Assembly (NCBI GenBank): GCA_002633005.1
Contig: NMRA01000029.1
Coordinates: forward strand, 1,407,796-1,471,795
Direction of reading: 5' to 3'
Length of the DNA: 64,000 bases
Origin: Phoronis australis
Taxonomy: Eukaryota; Animalia; Phoronida
This document shows, in pieces, positions 24,092 to 38,134 of this stretch (its first letter is position 1; each line of letters starts with the position of its first letter). The notes under the pieces are model-generated. The model saw only the letters and a list, made by a program, of their open reading frames with translations, was not told where the DNA came from and ran no database searches. The position numbers were made by a program, and so were the translations under genes.

Positions 24092-24749
24092 CATATGGTC
24101 ACTTACGTGTTTGTTCCTGAAAGAACTTGTTCTGGGCCAATCACTCCTTAGGACGCCACTTTATCACTCAATACCTCAGTTACCAATACCATAAATTTAT
24201 TAACTGATTATAATCCTAAGTAGGCACTTAGCATCCTCTCTAGCACCTATCAGTACCCACTTGAATGAGTGGGAGAGACAGCCTGCTTCTGTTTGGCAAG
24301 GAGAGAAGAAGGACAGTGTTATAATCAGTTAATTATGTTATGTGGTTAACCAGTACAGGCTGACACATGGCTTTATTTGCTGTTGACCAGACAACACAAA
24401 CACACAGTAACCACACATATTGCAGAATTAACACTCTTCTAATATCAGCAGTATTTATTCTTCTTTTTAAGGTGGTTCCAGTAGGATAGAGAGAACACAG
24501 AGTAGTGCAGGAAAAATATTGTTCCTGTTCACCCATGATTATTATCATATTTTCAAATAGGAGACCTTTTTAGCTCTCAACAACATGTTTCATTTGAATT
24601 TGATCCTACTGCGTATTATCAAGGCAAATGCAGCTGATAAACATGACACTAAGACATCCCAGTTCTTGACAGAACAAGATCAATTATCCTAGTCCCCAGT
24701 GCCAACTGGATTATTTAAGAGCACACTTTCTTTACTGCAGATCACACAA

Positions 24750-25021
24750 CAGGGCCCTCAACTTTGGGGCTGAATATTGTCCCAATTTTGCCCTCTGAAA
24801 AATATTTAAACATCACGCGAAATATCCCTGAACATGTCAAAAATTCTCCTCCATCAGTTGCAAGAATCCTCTCATAATATTGGTCGTTAGGTTTGGCTTT
24901 TTGAGGCATTTCCGAGGAGTGGTAGCAACCGGGGTGGAATCGGTGGTACGTCAGAGGACTGAGGGGAGGGGGTTCAATCCTGCAGAAGCAGACACCTTCC
25001 CTCTGATGAGGCAGGGCCCTA
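24750..25021. mobile_element. Possible old hAT-like MITE
   Basis: Ends CAGGGCCCT and AGGGCCCTA. Flanks CACAA/CATAA match 4/5. The TIR is short, so support is weak. Confidence 0.3.
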
Positions 25022-25113
25022 CATAAAATTCAACGATGAGTTTTCAAACACATTAGGTTGGAAAATAGCCCGAGTCAACAGACAGAAACTGCAGATTTTT
25101 AAAATAAGCTTAC

Positions 25114-25149
25114 CTGACTTCCTCCTCTGGAATCTGTTCTTGGGAGGCT
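25114..25149 (-). CDS. PRKAR2: PKA-RII coding exon 2 (36 nt, inhibitor/autophosphorylation site)
   Basis: tttcag|AGCCTCCCAAGAACAGATTCCAGAGGAGGAAGTCAG|gtaagc encodes (E)PPKNRFQRRKS(V). Phase 1-1. Confidence 0.93.
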
Positions 25150-26307
25150 CTGAAACAAGTGAAACAACTTTAAAAGCAATGAAACATTAACAACCACATG
25201 ACGGAAAGGCTTTTGGAAATACACTGGATATAAAATTCAGTTCATACAGGACAAGTGACAGTACACACCACCCGTTTGATTGGAGCAAGCACCAGTATCC
25301 GAATCCATAGCATTTACATTGGTGTGGGCAGCTTTTACAGACCTCTGGAAAACTACAACATTGATGTTTTGGGAACAAGCACTTGTCAAACAAAACAAGT
25401 GGAATAGTGATGCAACCACATTAAGTAACCATGACATCACAATGCTGAAAGGGAAACTCAGGAGCCATACTCCCAAAGAGCACAAGCAACTTCCAAAACC
25501 AGCTTAAAACACAACCACACTTGTTAACCTTTCAAGCAATTACTTGGAATTTTTTTATTTAAAAAATTCAGATGCAATGACTATGTAATTATGACGCAAA
25601 TAGGAAAACTGGCAAATGGTGCGATTCGTATTGCAATATTTACACTTTATTACAACCCCAATCCACTGAACTAAGTGTGCATAATTGATCACCAGTAAAT
25701 GAGCCTGGGGATAATATGTGAGGCTAAAAATCAAGTGCTCCATATAATGTGTAGGAGAGTGCAGTGTTGATACACAAATTATATTGCTTGGGGAAAGAAA
25801 CCAGACAAGAACAGGACATGCAACACAACCTGGTTGACTATGTTGCACTTAATGCTCACTAGCAAGGACTGACATTAACTCAACTGTAGAATGACACCTC
25901 TGTGAGCAAATCACCACCACTGATTGATTGAGCACTTGGTAATTTTTCAAAAAAAATAGTCAGAAAAAGACATGATTTCGAAATGTTTGGACAAGGAGAT
26001 AAGCCTAGATCACATTGAGTGAAATTTGATGGTACACTGCAGTTTAGTTAATTAAAGAGGCTGCCAACATGCCTTCCGCTGTCAAAAACAAATTGATTTT
26101 CTAAGACCTCTTTCCGCTACACGTAGTCTCAATTTGTTCTTTTTTCGCACAGGAGACATGAAGTACGTGAAAACACACACCACCCATAAAATTAATGACA
26201 CACGGTAACAAGCCAACTTATAATATCAAGAGTGACATCAAGCAATAACCCACTGTCATCTCTTTCCACACCTAGGAACAGTCTCTAGAGTAAGAAACAC
26301 GATTTAA

Positions 26308-27730
26308 GGATATTTCCAACCTTATTCACAAAAATTGGCCATTTTTACAAAATTTCACTGTGTCTAGCAAAATACCTTATCTTCATTCTCGGGGAACTTC
26401 AAATACGAAATATATACTGCGTAGCGAGAAAAAAAAGATTTAGCAGAACCACTTTGGAACCGCACAACCGCGTGGATATTTGTTTAGCACTTACCAAAGG
26501 TCAAAGGTTAAAGGGCTTTCAAGTAAATCGAGTCTCCCGCCAGGTACAGAACAGTTTCGGTATACCCTCAGTCCTTTCATTCACAAATTCGCCATAACAT
26601 TGAACCAATGAGGTGTGGTTATGATAGAATGGTCCCGGGGAAAACGAATACAAAACATAGTTTTTATCCTAAGGGAGTTGTGGGTCTACATGCATACGAC
26701 CGTTGATGTTGAAAACAAATGCTACGAGTTGCCTCAGTCCTCAATCTGGTCATGAACACAGAAAGTTGTGAAAAGAGATAAATCCTCTCCCTTAATCCTT
26801 AATTCAATTATTAAGTTAACATTTCGATGTTTTGATTTCATGTTAATGACTTACTTTAACCACCAATTCAATTTTTGTTATCCATTTCTTACTTGGTTTG
26901 GTATCAGTCTCCCAGCACGTGACGTGTACAGGCTATGAACTGTGACCTACTTTTCTAAGTAGGTCGTACAAAACGGCAAAAGTTGGCTGCGAAAGATAGG
27001 TCTATTTGAGGGTTTAATGATGTTTAAGTTAGTTACGCACTGCAAAATTAGTTGACATTGCAAGAAAATATTAAAATAGGTGACATAGTTAAGGATTCTA
27101 TAGGTTATGTACACCAAAAACAAGTTTTCACAGAATACTTAACCAAAGACTTAGAGATTTTCACGTGTCCCAGTTTAATCGGCTTTTTCTCGGCTTCGGC
27201 AAATCGACTTTATTTGAACTTAGGAACACGAGTTCTCAAATGGCTCGATGGATTTCGCTGAAACTTTCCAAACTTAATATTTAGTCACCAATCTCAAAAA
27301 CGCTGTTAGGCTTTTCGATATAAAAGCTTAGTTTTTGTGTAATGTGACAAAGACGAATACGACTTCAATTTTTTACAAAAATACCTTACGTTTTGCGAGT
27401 TGATTTGTCATAGAAACCAAACGAACAAACCAATCGAAAATTCCTAACAGCGTTTTTGAGGTAATTGATGAAGTTTTCGTTTAAAAAAAGGTTTCGTTAA
27501 AATCGACTGAGGGGTTATTTTGCTATGAATGTACCTTTCTTAAAAATGAAATTTTTACTTAAAAAAGCTTTTTACGTAAAAATAATAATGACAAATAAAT
27601 ACAAACAGTATATTTATCTTTCCTGGTCTTTGTTCTTTCAGAAAATATTTACTTTTACTAGTTGACAAAGCTTAGTTTTTTTTTAAATAAGTGTTAGAAT
27701 GGAGGCCACTAAATAAGGTTGGACATAAAC
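26308..27730. mobile_element. TTAA-flanked non-autonomous DNA transposon (Kolobok-like)
   Basis: TTAA at 26304-07 and 27731-34. TIRs GGATATTTCCAACCTTATT and (rc) GTTTATGTCCAACCTTATT. Internal inverted repeat CTCAAAAACGCTGTTAGG at ~27293 and ~27460. Confidence 0.7.
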
Positions 27731-30700
27731 TTAACTACTTACTTACAGTGATACAGTGAATGCCCTAAATCAAATGTTAGCTTTTTTATAGAAGGTGAGT
27801 ATATAGCCTCTTCAAGTAAAAAACATGTCAACTCCCAATGGCATGCCTTCCTAACACTCACGTGGTGACCTTGTGTGATCTGGGAAAAAACCGGCCTCAA
27901 GCAGCACAGAAAAATTTGGCCATTTGTGATTGTTTCAGTTTGTGACAGAGAACTTAGTTGCCCAAAGAGCTCAATATGTATGTCTTTTCCTAAATATCCA
28001 ATAACCAGGAGATCGACTAATCCTCTTTCCTGCCCAAAATCATAACAGACAACCAGAAAGCTAAAGGAATCCATCCAGATGGAAGCTTCTAAAGTTAAAA
28101 TGTTAGCTCAGGAAATAAAAGGCCATAAAATATGTGATGGACTCCATGGGGAACTTGACCCTTACAGGAACTTATGGTAGTATATTTGGCATGTGTTTGT
28201 ACTTCTCATTGAGCCAAGATCTCTTATCTCAATGTCCTCTCATAAAATCCATCCACAATCAAGTAAGTGAACTATAAACATCCAATAACATGTCAAATTA
28301 GCCAGCAGCAAAGTCATAACAAGAATTTGACCAACAAATTATCACCCAACTCCCAGAACAGTTTCTGTAAGGTCAACAGGATATGTGATGCATAAATGAG
28401 CAAAATTGGGTAAGGAATCGGAAACAGCAAGATTTTGTTTAGTTCTTAGTAAAAAATCTGACAGTAAACGAAAATTGAGAAACATAGATAAAAGGTTAAC
28501 ATTGTCGTTGGCGCGATAATAATATTCTAAAACACTTTCTGGCACGATAATAATATTGCAAACCACTTTCTGAAAAAAGTAGATATTAGTGTCGACACAA
28601 TCATAATGACCGTTACTATTACCACTATTAGACTACTATGATAATCATTATTTTGATTATAATTATCTATTTTATTACAGTTAAAGTTCAAGTATGAAAA
28701 GCATAATGTTAGTTAGCACTGACATAATATACATCCAGCAAATGCAAAACACAAATTACATCACAAAGGGCACCCTTGCCTCATTGATATTGATGGCAAA
28801 TTGTATAAAGAGGCTGTGACCTTCTCATCTTACATATAAACTGAGGTGAAACAGAAAATGATCACATCTATGTGGCAATTTATAGGCAATCCAGGCACTA
28901 GAAACGTAGAGCTATGTTTAGTAGTGAATAAAACAAAACATTCTAGACAGTAACAGCGTTCTCATGAATTTCGGAATCCCGGAAATATTTCAGAAAAAAA
29001 GAACGGGATCAAATCCAGTAACAGTCCTGTACCCAAGGATTCCTGTTGACTGCCGGAATTTCGATATTTTTGTCACTCCTTTTGGCAGGCACTGACACCA
29101 TACCAGTCATAATACAGTGAACAAACTCATGAATTATATCCCCTGGTGGTTAATTAATAAAGTAAATTTGGTAGAATTCAGAACAGGGGGTAAATCGTAT
29201 CACAATGCAATTTTTTTTTGCAATAAAAACTTTGGCAGGAAAAATAATGGGATTACTTCCACTAAATTTCATGTGAGTAGGACACTGAGTGCTTAATGGC
29301 AGAGCAAGAATTTGAATCAAAAATTGTACTGGTCACATTTATTGAAAACGACATCCTTGAACAGTCATCTGTGCTTAAAGACAACAGGGATTGGCTCATA
29401 AATGCTGTAATAAGTTGTTTTGAGACCTTAAATAGCTCGAAATAAAATATCCCTGTTTTGTTCCCCCATCACCTTTATAATCTTAACAATTGTTTTGATC
29501 CCATCTAAATAATAATCACCTGAGTGATTGTGCCTGAGCCTGGATTCCTTGGGCTGCCAAGCAAACCTTAGTCAAGAAAACTGTTAAATGAAATCAAAAA
29601 CAGACCAAACTTTAAAATTTCTGTTACCATTAATCATCACTCAGTTGTTGATGTTCAACCTGTCCATGATGTTCAACCTGTCCAATCTAATCATCCCTGG
29701 GTAAACTAACCAGCTCATCCTGGCTGACTGTGCCAGGCAAGATCACCTATGACATCACTTAGCTGAAAACTTAGAAGGAAACTGACACATTTTGCATAAA
29801 ATTTAAAACTTCTTATTTATTTTTTCAAAACTAAACTCATTCAGTTAGATTGGATGCTATAGTAATTCTTGACTTATTTTGCACAAAAGTTATCGGCAAA
29901 ATTGTTAACATTACTGCAAATAATGAAACTTTACTAAAACCCGTTTTATAATATCTACACAGTAGATATCACACTAGTAACATACTAAACATGTTTTAAT
30001 CATTATTTTGTGGAGAAATAGACAAAAAAGTATCACTTGTCAGCCATATTGGACAATGATTCACTAAACATACCTACACTGGAGAGCAAACTATTCAGAG
30101 CCAACCCAATACTGTCAGTAACCAAACTAATAAGCTTTAAATATAATTATTCACCAATTAACCATAAGATATGCAGACTAAGTGAAATTTTATTTTTTCA
30201 AAATCCTTCATCAAAAATACACCTTTAATCTACTACTGACTAAGTTTGCACTTTGTATACACATCGTGTAACAATGTCTGATACAATTTCCATTATCTGA
30301 AGCCATGTTTACAATCAGTATTTCATAAACGAAAAAAGGAAAAATTTCACAATTATTTTGGGAGAAATAAGTTTAGAACTAAGACTGTATTACTGCTCAT
30401 AAAAATCCAGAACTTTGGACATGCAATAAATAATTATTAACATGCAATAAATAATTATTACCAAAATCCTGTTCACTCGGGGCAGCTTCAGCCATGATGA
30501 GAATGTACCCTTGCTGTGCCTGTCCTCAAGTCAACATATTGGCATAGCACTCCTAGGCACAATACAACAATCACGCATAAAAAACGATGCCACACAACAG
30601 CAGAATCTGCGACAATATGATTCGACAACTCTCCAGGGACAGAAGTCTATGAAGTGTCGCAAATCAGGACCTGATCCCAGCAAGTTCGCGATGAGAAGAC

Positions 30701-33700
30701 ATAACCATGTGAAGCAAAAAAGTCAACTCCCCATGGATGTCACAGCTGATCTGAATCACAGAATGGCAATTGAGGAAACCTCTGAACAACAGTCCTGGGA
30801 AAACTGGAAACACAACTTGTTCCGATAATAGGCTGTTGATGTTTAGTCTGCCTAAGTCCATCAACAGCTCTTGAAAATTAGAATTAATAAGAATAATAGG
30901 CCACACCAGGATAAGACCAGCAGCTCCAGCAGGGCAAATGTTAGAAACTGGTGGCTGCTTTGTGTAGGCAACAGCTGCTGGAGACACACACAGTTCCTAG
31001 GCAGAAACCAGGGGTCATTGTAATAATTGTGTTTGAAGACAATGACTCAGGATGAGCTAGAGGAAGGAAAAAAACGGCCTCAGAGTAGCTGGAAGGAAGG
31101 CGCTCTAGTCGGCAGCTGGCAACTAAGTGACTTAATGAAATCAGTTCCGCCTGGTCTGGTTGATTCCTAACTATTGACTGACGACCCAAACAAACAGCTA
31201 AGGGATGAGAGAGACTTTACCAGGCAGTTATGCTCAAGACAACCATAGGACATACAAGGAGAACATTAAACCAGCCAGTGATGAAGAGCTAGACTTATAT
31301 TAAAAGAGCAATAAATATCTTGGCTGTTCTATGACACCAGACAGTTCAATGCTGTGCTGATTGCCTCGTTAATTTTCCTGAGAGAGGGAAATGAAGATGA
31401 AATTTCTATGACGCCAATTAATTGCAGACAAGAAGACAGAAGGAATGGGTGGAAAGACATCAAGCGGCAACACCACTGGCTGACTGTCACAAAACCAGGT
31501 AACAAACAGCAACTGTCAATTTCCTAGACGAAGACTTTAAAACTACAGCATCATCAGCAAAAAAACAAAATTGGTGAATTCTACAGAATTTGTTTTTGAA
31601 GTTAAGAAGTTGTCATGAACATCCATGATCCAAAATTTTGTCTGTGATGATGCATGCGATTGAGTTAAAGATAATGTATTCTAGGGTAGTAACTAATGTT
31701 CCTGACCACAAGTCACAGTTATAGGATGCAAAACCTGCAGACATTAGGTAGGAGTTTAGTATAACTGTGTTGTAATTATTGTGTAGTGCTTTCTGCATGG
31801 TATTTGAATGTAGAATGTGTAGTGTGGATACTTGGCTGACTCAGGGGCAATTTTTTGCAGGCTAACTCATAGTGTGAACATGACTTTGGTAACAAAAATG
31901 TTTGTTGTCAATTTAAAAACACTACATTCATGACAGGAGCAAATACCAGTCAAATGTCTTTTGTCAGTGGCAAAGCGCCACATATCGGATGACTCTAGTA
32001 ACAACTTCAACAAACAATTATGAGCTGACAGTTTGAAGCATGACAAATTTTCCCATTTTTTATGAACAGCAAAGAAAATAGTTTACTGAGGGAAAAGGTG
32101 CCCCTCCTATTCCATTACCCTCAAAATTGACACATACAATGAGTCACTCCAACTGCCCAGTTGACCAGACTATAGGCAATGTTTCAAAGCTCCATTATTT
32201 ACTCAAGGATAAATACAGTCTCTAATTAGATTACATTTCCTTGAACTTTTACTCAGGGGCCAAGAGATGTAAATGATTGAATTCTACCCTACTCAACTAT
32301 TGTCTAACTATTGTCACATTAACAATCATCTCATCAGGAGCAAAATGCCCCACAGGGTGCTTATGCCCCCCCCCCATAAAATCTCACAAAAACAACTGCC
32401 AAAATGCTTTCCAAAGTCATCTAACATTGCTGTGAATGCCCACAATTTTTCAAAAAATTTCTGATGGTACTATAGTGCAGAAGTTGAACGTGCATTGGAG
32501 AGATGCCACAACTTTCTTGAAAAAATGAGAAAATAAAGTTTGACTTATCCACCATATTGTCTGGTAAATTAGGGAGATTTTACCCTAGTTCAAGTGGTCA
32601 CCTGGACACAACGTAGTGTATATCAAAGGCTGTAATGTCTGGCATAATAAATACCCTTGAATCCATGTGTTCAAAAAACACAAACCATAGCTTAATTCCC
32701 TAAATAACCGTGATAGTGAAGGAATTACGGTATTGCACAAGAAATAGACAGCACAAGTCCCCCCCCCCATTACCATATTTCTCATTAGTCCGATGGGAAA
32801 AGGTTGTCCACTTTTAAGTAAAACATCCACACCCAGTGATTGATGCAACTATGGAGCAACTTTTTTTAGCAACCACGTCACTATTGGGGATAACAAATCG
32901 TATCATTTTGTCGATGTTTTTTACAACAATTGATTGGGGAAGAAATTAATGCAAAGCCTGACTGACTTCTTCATCAGTCATTACAGACACCCATGTCATT
33001 ACACCAACCACAGCCTCTCCATCATCATTAACTTTCATGACCACTTTCCGTTCACCCTATGTAAAGTCGCTTTTACATGACAAACACTTGAAATGGAACA
33101 AGCTATCAGGGCGAGTTGGTCCCTGTCAGAGATATCTAACTGACATTATTGGAAACTGGATCAGCACGGAAGTCAGTCATAGGAAGCGTGTCTGCGCACG
33201 CTCATGTTAACAATGGCAAAATCCAAAACCAGAAAAAATTATTTACAGCTATATGAGCGTTTTTAGCAACAGGCCAAGCAACAATACAGTTGCTTCCATT
33301 GTAAGGAAGCATAAATCCATTGGTTTAGAGCAAGCACATAAGAGATAAAACAAGCTATTACGGTAAAGTAAGACATTTTTTGTGTCTGCCACTAAAACTC
33401 TCTCGGTCTCGATTTTAAATAAACCCATGCCAATTTCTAAGTGCGAAGTCAGCCACAGTGCAAATGAAAGACATAATTAGAAAGATTATTGAGACTGCTC
33501 ATGGCAGTTTCTTACATCTGGGTATGAAGAGATAACAAATAAACTGTTCTTCCAGCTCTCATTGTTTCTAACTGAGTAAGGAATGAAATAAGATCACTTT
33601 TGCAGTGGTAAGTGGGTTAAATCAAAACTTGGATTATGGACCAAAAGTATGGACAGCTTTGATGACGCTTTAACACCAATCCGATAATTTACAAAATTTT

Positions 33701-35394
33701 AGGAAGTTTGATTAATGCCGAGTCCCAGTTTGCACAACATGAGACTTCTTGGATTGGGCCCAGTGTCTTTATGAGAGAAAGTCTCATCGGGACTTTAGAT
33801 ATTAAAACATCTGAAGCATCCTCACACCCTTTAATAACACAGTTTCAATGACACATTCCATTTTTCCAAAGAAAAAATTCCAACCCTCCCGGGTTTTTAT
33901 GACTCTTCAGCATGAGTCAGACACATTTACCCAATTTGACTTTTGAAGGTATGTGTCCACCCAGTAGATGTTTCATAATTTTTCCTTTAAATTCCCATAG
34001 TGTTCGCAACCTAAATTTAGACACCCTATTGAGGATGCACTCAGCATTTGTAAAGAAGTTAAATATGGATGTCTCTAACTTGCCACCCTGAGAAATTGGG
34101 AGACAAATTTTGGATGTCCTGGCTATTTTTGAAATCTTGGACTAACCCATGCCCTGCTCCCTAATTTCTGAATTCTCCAATTTAAAAAACTATCATGAGA
34201 ATCCTGGAATGAGTACAATAATTGCCACACAAACAATACCAAGTTTTTCAGATACATTATTTGTCGGTTTATTGGTTTTCACCAAGAAGTCTAATGACTT
34301 ATTCCACCATGTATTGAGTTGAACATGACTAGTGTTATGAACTACCATGTGTTAATTTGTGACGTCAACATTTCCGAATCACCTAATTGCACATATACCA
34401 AATGTTAAATTGAATACGGTACCTTCAGACAAAATACAACCAGGAAATGTTAGTCTCAAATCAAAGAGAAAATTTCAAATTTATTCTCACCCAACAAACT
34501 TTGAAGACCACTCATGTTCAGATGAGAATTTGTGTCAAAAATAATTAGCCATGCAGAACGCACAACTCGTTAACAGCAGAGTGAGGTAAAAAGCCATTTG
34601 CATTTGTGACATGAAAATCCATTAATTCTTCACATCGACCATAATTCTCTACTCAATTTACACACTCACGTCATTTTGAACTCCTGCATCATAAGCCATA
34701 TTTACACGGGAGACAGCTGTCACGGAGCACCTAACACGGAATCAGCTGACTGGGCAAAAGTGTGTATGTAAACACGACTGAGCGGCCATTTTGACACCGG
34801 TTCGAGGGGTAGAGCGAGATGCACTCGATCAGTTACAACAGTGTCAACTACAACTCTAAATACAACTGGGGAGGGTGGAAAGGGAAGTCTTTCAATGCGC
34901 TTGAGCTGCAGTCGATATACTGGTGATCCACTGGCATTCCCCATTGTTTGGCATTTGCTATTGTTTAATGCCAGCATGCGCAGACAGTCTTTGTATAGAT
35001 GAGTTATACTGATCCAGTTTGCAATCTAATGTCGTTGTAAATGCAACTTAAGTGGAGCAAGTCGCACCGTGAAAACATCATTGCCCAAAATAGCACTTTT
35101 TTCTTATTGTAGTGCATGCTTGCATTTTTTCCAAAAACTGTCTGTTGTCAGCTATAGCACAGAAGATGATTTTGGAACAATGTTATTTATGATAACACAA
35201 TAAAATAACATTTCAATTCTGTCATCTACCATCTATTCTGTTCTAAATTATCCATTATTTGGCATGTATTCAATACCACGACAGCGAACTCAAATCACTC
35301 CAATAATGGATATTCACATTAAAACCAAGTATCTCAAGGTTTCTATATTTTAAGGAAACAAATTACCGACTAAAAATGCAACAAAATACAATAT

Positions 35395-35690
35395 AGGCCC
35401 TTTCATGCTACGACGCATTGGTGTTTTAGGGAGTTGCGGTCTGTATGGACAGTTAACTTTGGTCCTGGATCAAAGTTAATATTGCCAGTTCACTTCGCAG
35501 TAAATGTGTGGATTTAACAGCGGAGCGTCAACGCTACAGTCTAGTACCAACGGTCAACTTCGGTCAAATCGAAGTTATCACCAGGGGCCACTGTTATCAT
35601 CAACAATTAAAGGGCAGTGTTTTCATTAATAGTTGCTTACATTTTGCTATAGAAATCACCAATCAAATTAGAAATATTTTGTACAGCATT
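35395..35690 (+). mobile_element. Truncated copy of the Harbinger-like MITE family
   Basis: Starts AGGCCCTTTCATGCT and is collinear with the first ~300 bp of the 50337 copy. Confidence 0.75.
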
Positions 35691-37360
35691 GCTCCAGTGC
35701 ATCATTAGATCATTTCAATGGATTTGATATTATGCCTGCAACTACACTGCTTTATGCAAGTTATGTACATCCTTTGCAGTTAAGGGAGACCCTGTTCAAT
35801 GTCTGGCTTACAAACGTAAATACTTGGTTTTGCTTGTGTTGTACTAATAGTAACCCTCTCCTGCAAGGTGGTCGTATTAAGAAAAACCTAGATGTGTATA
35901 CTGTATAGCTATCATTGAGAGAAGTAGATACAATCAAAGTGGAGTCGGCAATTTGAAACTTTAAAAAATTAGCCAGGTCTCACAGACTATAACCAGGTCA
36001 AGCTTTGGTGCATTAAAAGTATGCCAATATGGACCATACAGTTTGGAACATTCTCTAAAATTCGGGACACTGAAGTTCAAGAAAGAAATTGGGATATTTT
36101 TGAGTCTGAAGACTGAGAGAAATCTGGTGGAAAATAGCAACCAAAATTCATATTTCTAATGATTAATAAATGAGATGGCCAACATTGCCCTTCTCCCCTC
36201 ACTACACCTTGAGCACAAGAATTGATTTCTGTACCAAACTGAAAATTTTGTGCCATTTTCTGCTACTGTTATTCAAAACAGATTTTGCCAAGTCTGTCAA
36301 CTTATATAAAATGTTTTGCTATTCAAATCATAATTTTCAGAACATGGGCTAAATCAGGAAACAGTAGGCGAAGTGAAGATGTCACTCTTTGTCAGGGCAG
36401 GTAACAGGTTGCCATGGTATCCTAAGAGCTTTCTCAACCAAGAAAGATTACCATGCTGATAGAAAAGCAATTGATACCCAGCTAACAAAGAGCACTGAAT
36501 AACAGTGTCCTAATACTTATGTCAACGCCTAACTAATATTTAATAACTGCTGACAATCAACTTAATTCGTTTTTAAGCACTGTAATTCACCACGATGATA
36601 AGAACGGGGATGAAAGTGCAAGTCCTATGAACAGAAAGGGAAGTACGTGCAGAGTTATCACAATTGTTAAAAACCTGCAGGCAAACTATAAGAGAGGCAA
36701 AAGAAAGAACAAAAACAAGAAATGTCTCCGAATTAAACAGAAAAACAATTATTGATAAAAAATTAAATTTCATAATAGAAACTTGTTAGCATTAATCTCG
36801 GACATTCCACCAAGCAATTATTAACAACTGGTTACACAACCTACTAACCAGCATAAAGTAATTGTGGACTTTTGATGCATTTCCAAGTAAATGTTTAAGA
36901 CACATACAGCTTGACAATGGTCATATAAAAGTAAACAAATGGCAATCAACAAGGCCAACAGAAGTTGTGTGGAGGTCATTTGTGGAAATCCAAAAGCTTG
37001 AATTTCAATTAAGGGGTTCGACAGTTTCAATTTATCATTGAATATTGTCAAAATTTCATACTCAGCATTTGTCATTGCCTGCATACTAGAATTTTGTAAA
37101 AAAAAAATCAGGTGTTCACCGAATTAGTTTTTTTGTTAAAGCTGCCTAAACAAAGGCACCTGTGGCAAAAATGTATCATTTACACAGAAAAGCCACTTCT
37201 AATTAAGACTGATGGCACAGGCCCTTTTGGAAACGGATTAATTTCACTGTACCAAGTCAGTCTTGTTCCAACAGCTTTTTTGGGTTTCCTGAATTCCATA
37301 CATTAACATAAGTCCACGTTTTTCTTCACACATTTTACACAAAAAGTTGCACCATTCAAC

Positions 37361-38134
37361 CAAGGTACCTAAAGTACAAGGTGCTGGACGCAAAAACAGA
37401 ACACACATACCTGCAAACACCATTCACTGATTCGCGGGATCGGACCCACAAAACACGATCCATTCACCCAAAAATACACGGTCACCGACTCACATTTATA
37501 GACACACAGTGCAGGGAACGCCAAACACGGTTCACTTCGATAAAGCATGCCGAATACCCGGGTAAGTAGCGCGAAATAGTGATTATTACTAAGCAGAAAG
37601 GTAATTGATCAACCTTCATATATTTGGCTTTTGTACAAAAATACTTTCACAAGAGACAAATATTTCAAATCATGCTATAATTCATTCCAAACGTTTCTTT
37701 TTTACTGTGCATCAACTTATAGTAAACAGGTCAAACAAGAACATCATTGTCAAAACTGAGAACTGATGTTAAAAACAGGTTTGGGGCGCCAATAAATGGT
37801 AGAACAAATAAGCAGCTTAAATAATGTTTAATGTTTTTAATTCACAACAATTACATCACATTACAGACAAAAATATATTTAATCTTGCACTCATTACACA
37901 GCTGTCGAAGCCGACTTCTACATTTTATCCGTAAACTGTGTTTGGCAGTCTGCGTACCGTGTTTCTACGTGAATGTGAGTCTGTGACACGTGTATTTTGG
38001 GTGAATGGATCGTGTTTTGTGAGTCCGATCCCGTGTATGTTAGTCAGTGAACGGAGTTTGCAGGTACATGAGTTGTGTTTTTGCGTCCGACACCATGTTT
38101 GGGAGTCTGTTAACCGTGTAGTTTAGGTACCACG
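37361..38134. mobile_element. Foldback-type element with ~170-200 bp imperfect TIRs and 5-bp TSD (TCAAC)
   Basis: 37361-~37540 is the inverted copy of ~37930-38134 (e.g. GGACGCAAAAACA, GGGATCGGAC, CACAAAACACGATCCATTCACCCAAAA). TCAAC at 37356-60 and 38135-39. Confidence 0.8.

Noticed and set aside
33465-33480. TGAAAGACAT resembling the 5' end of miR-71
   Set aside because: The match stops after 10 nt and no precursor hairpin is evident.
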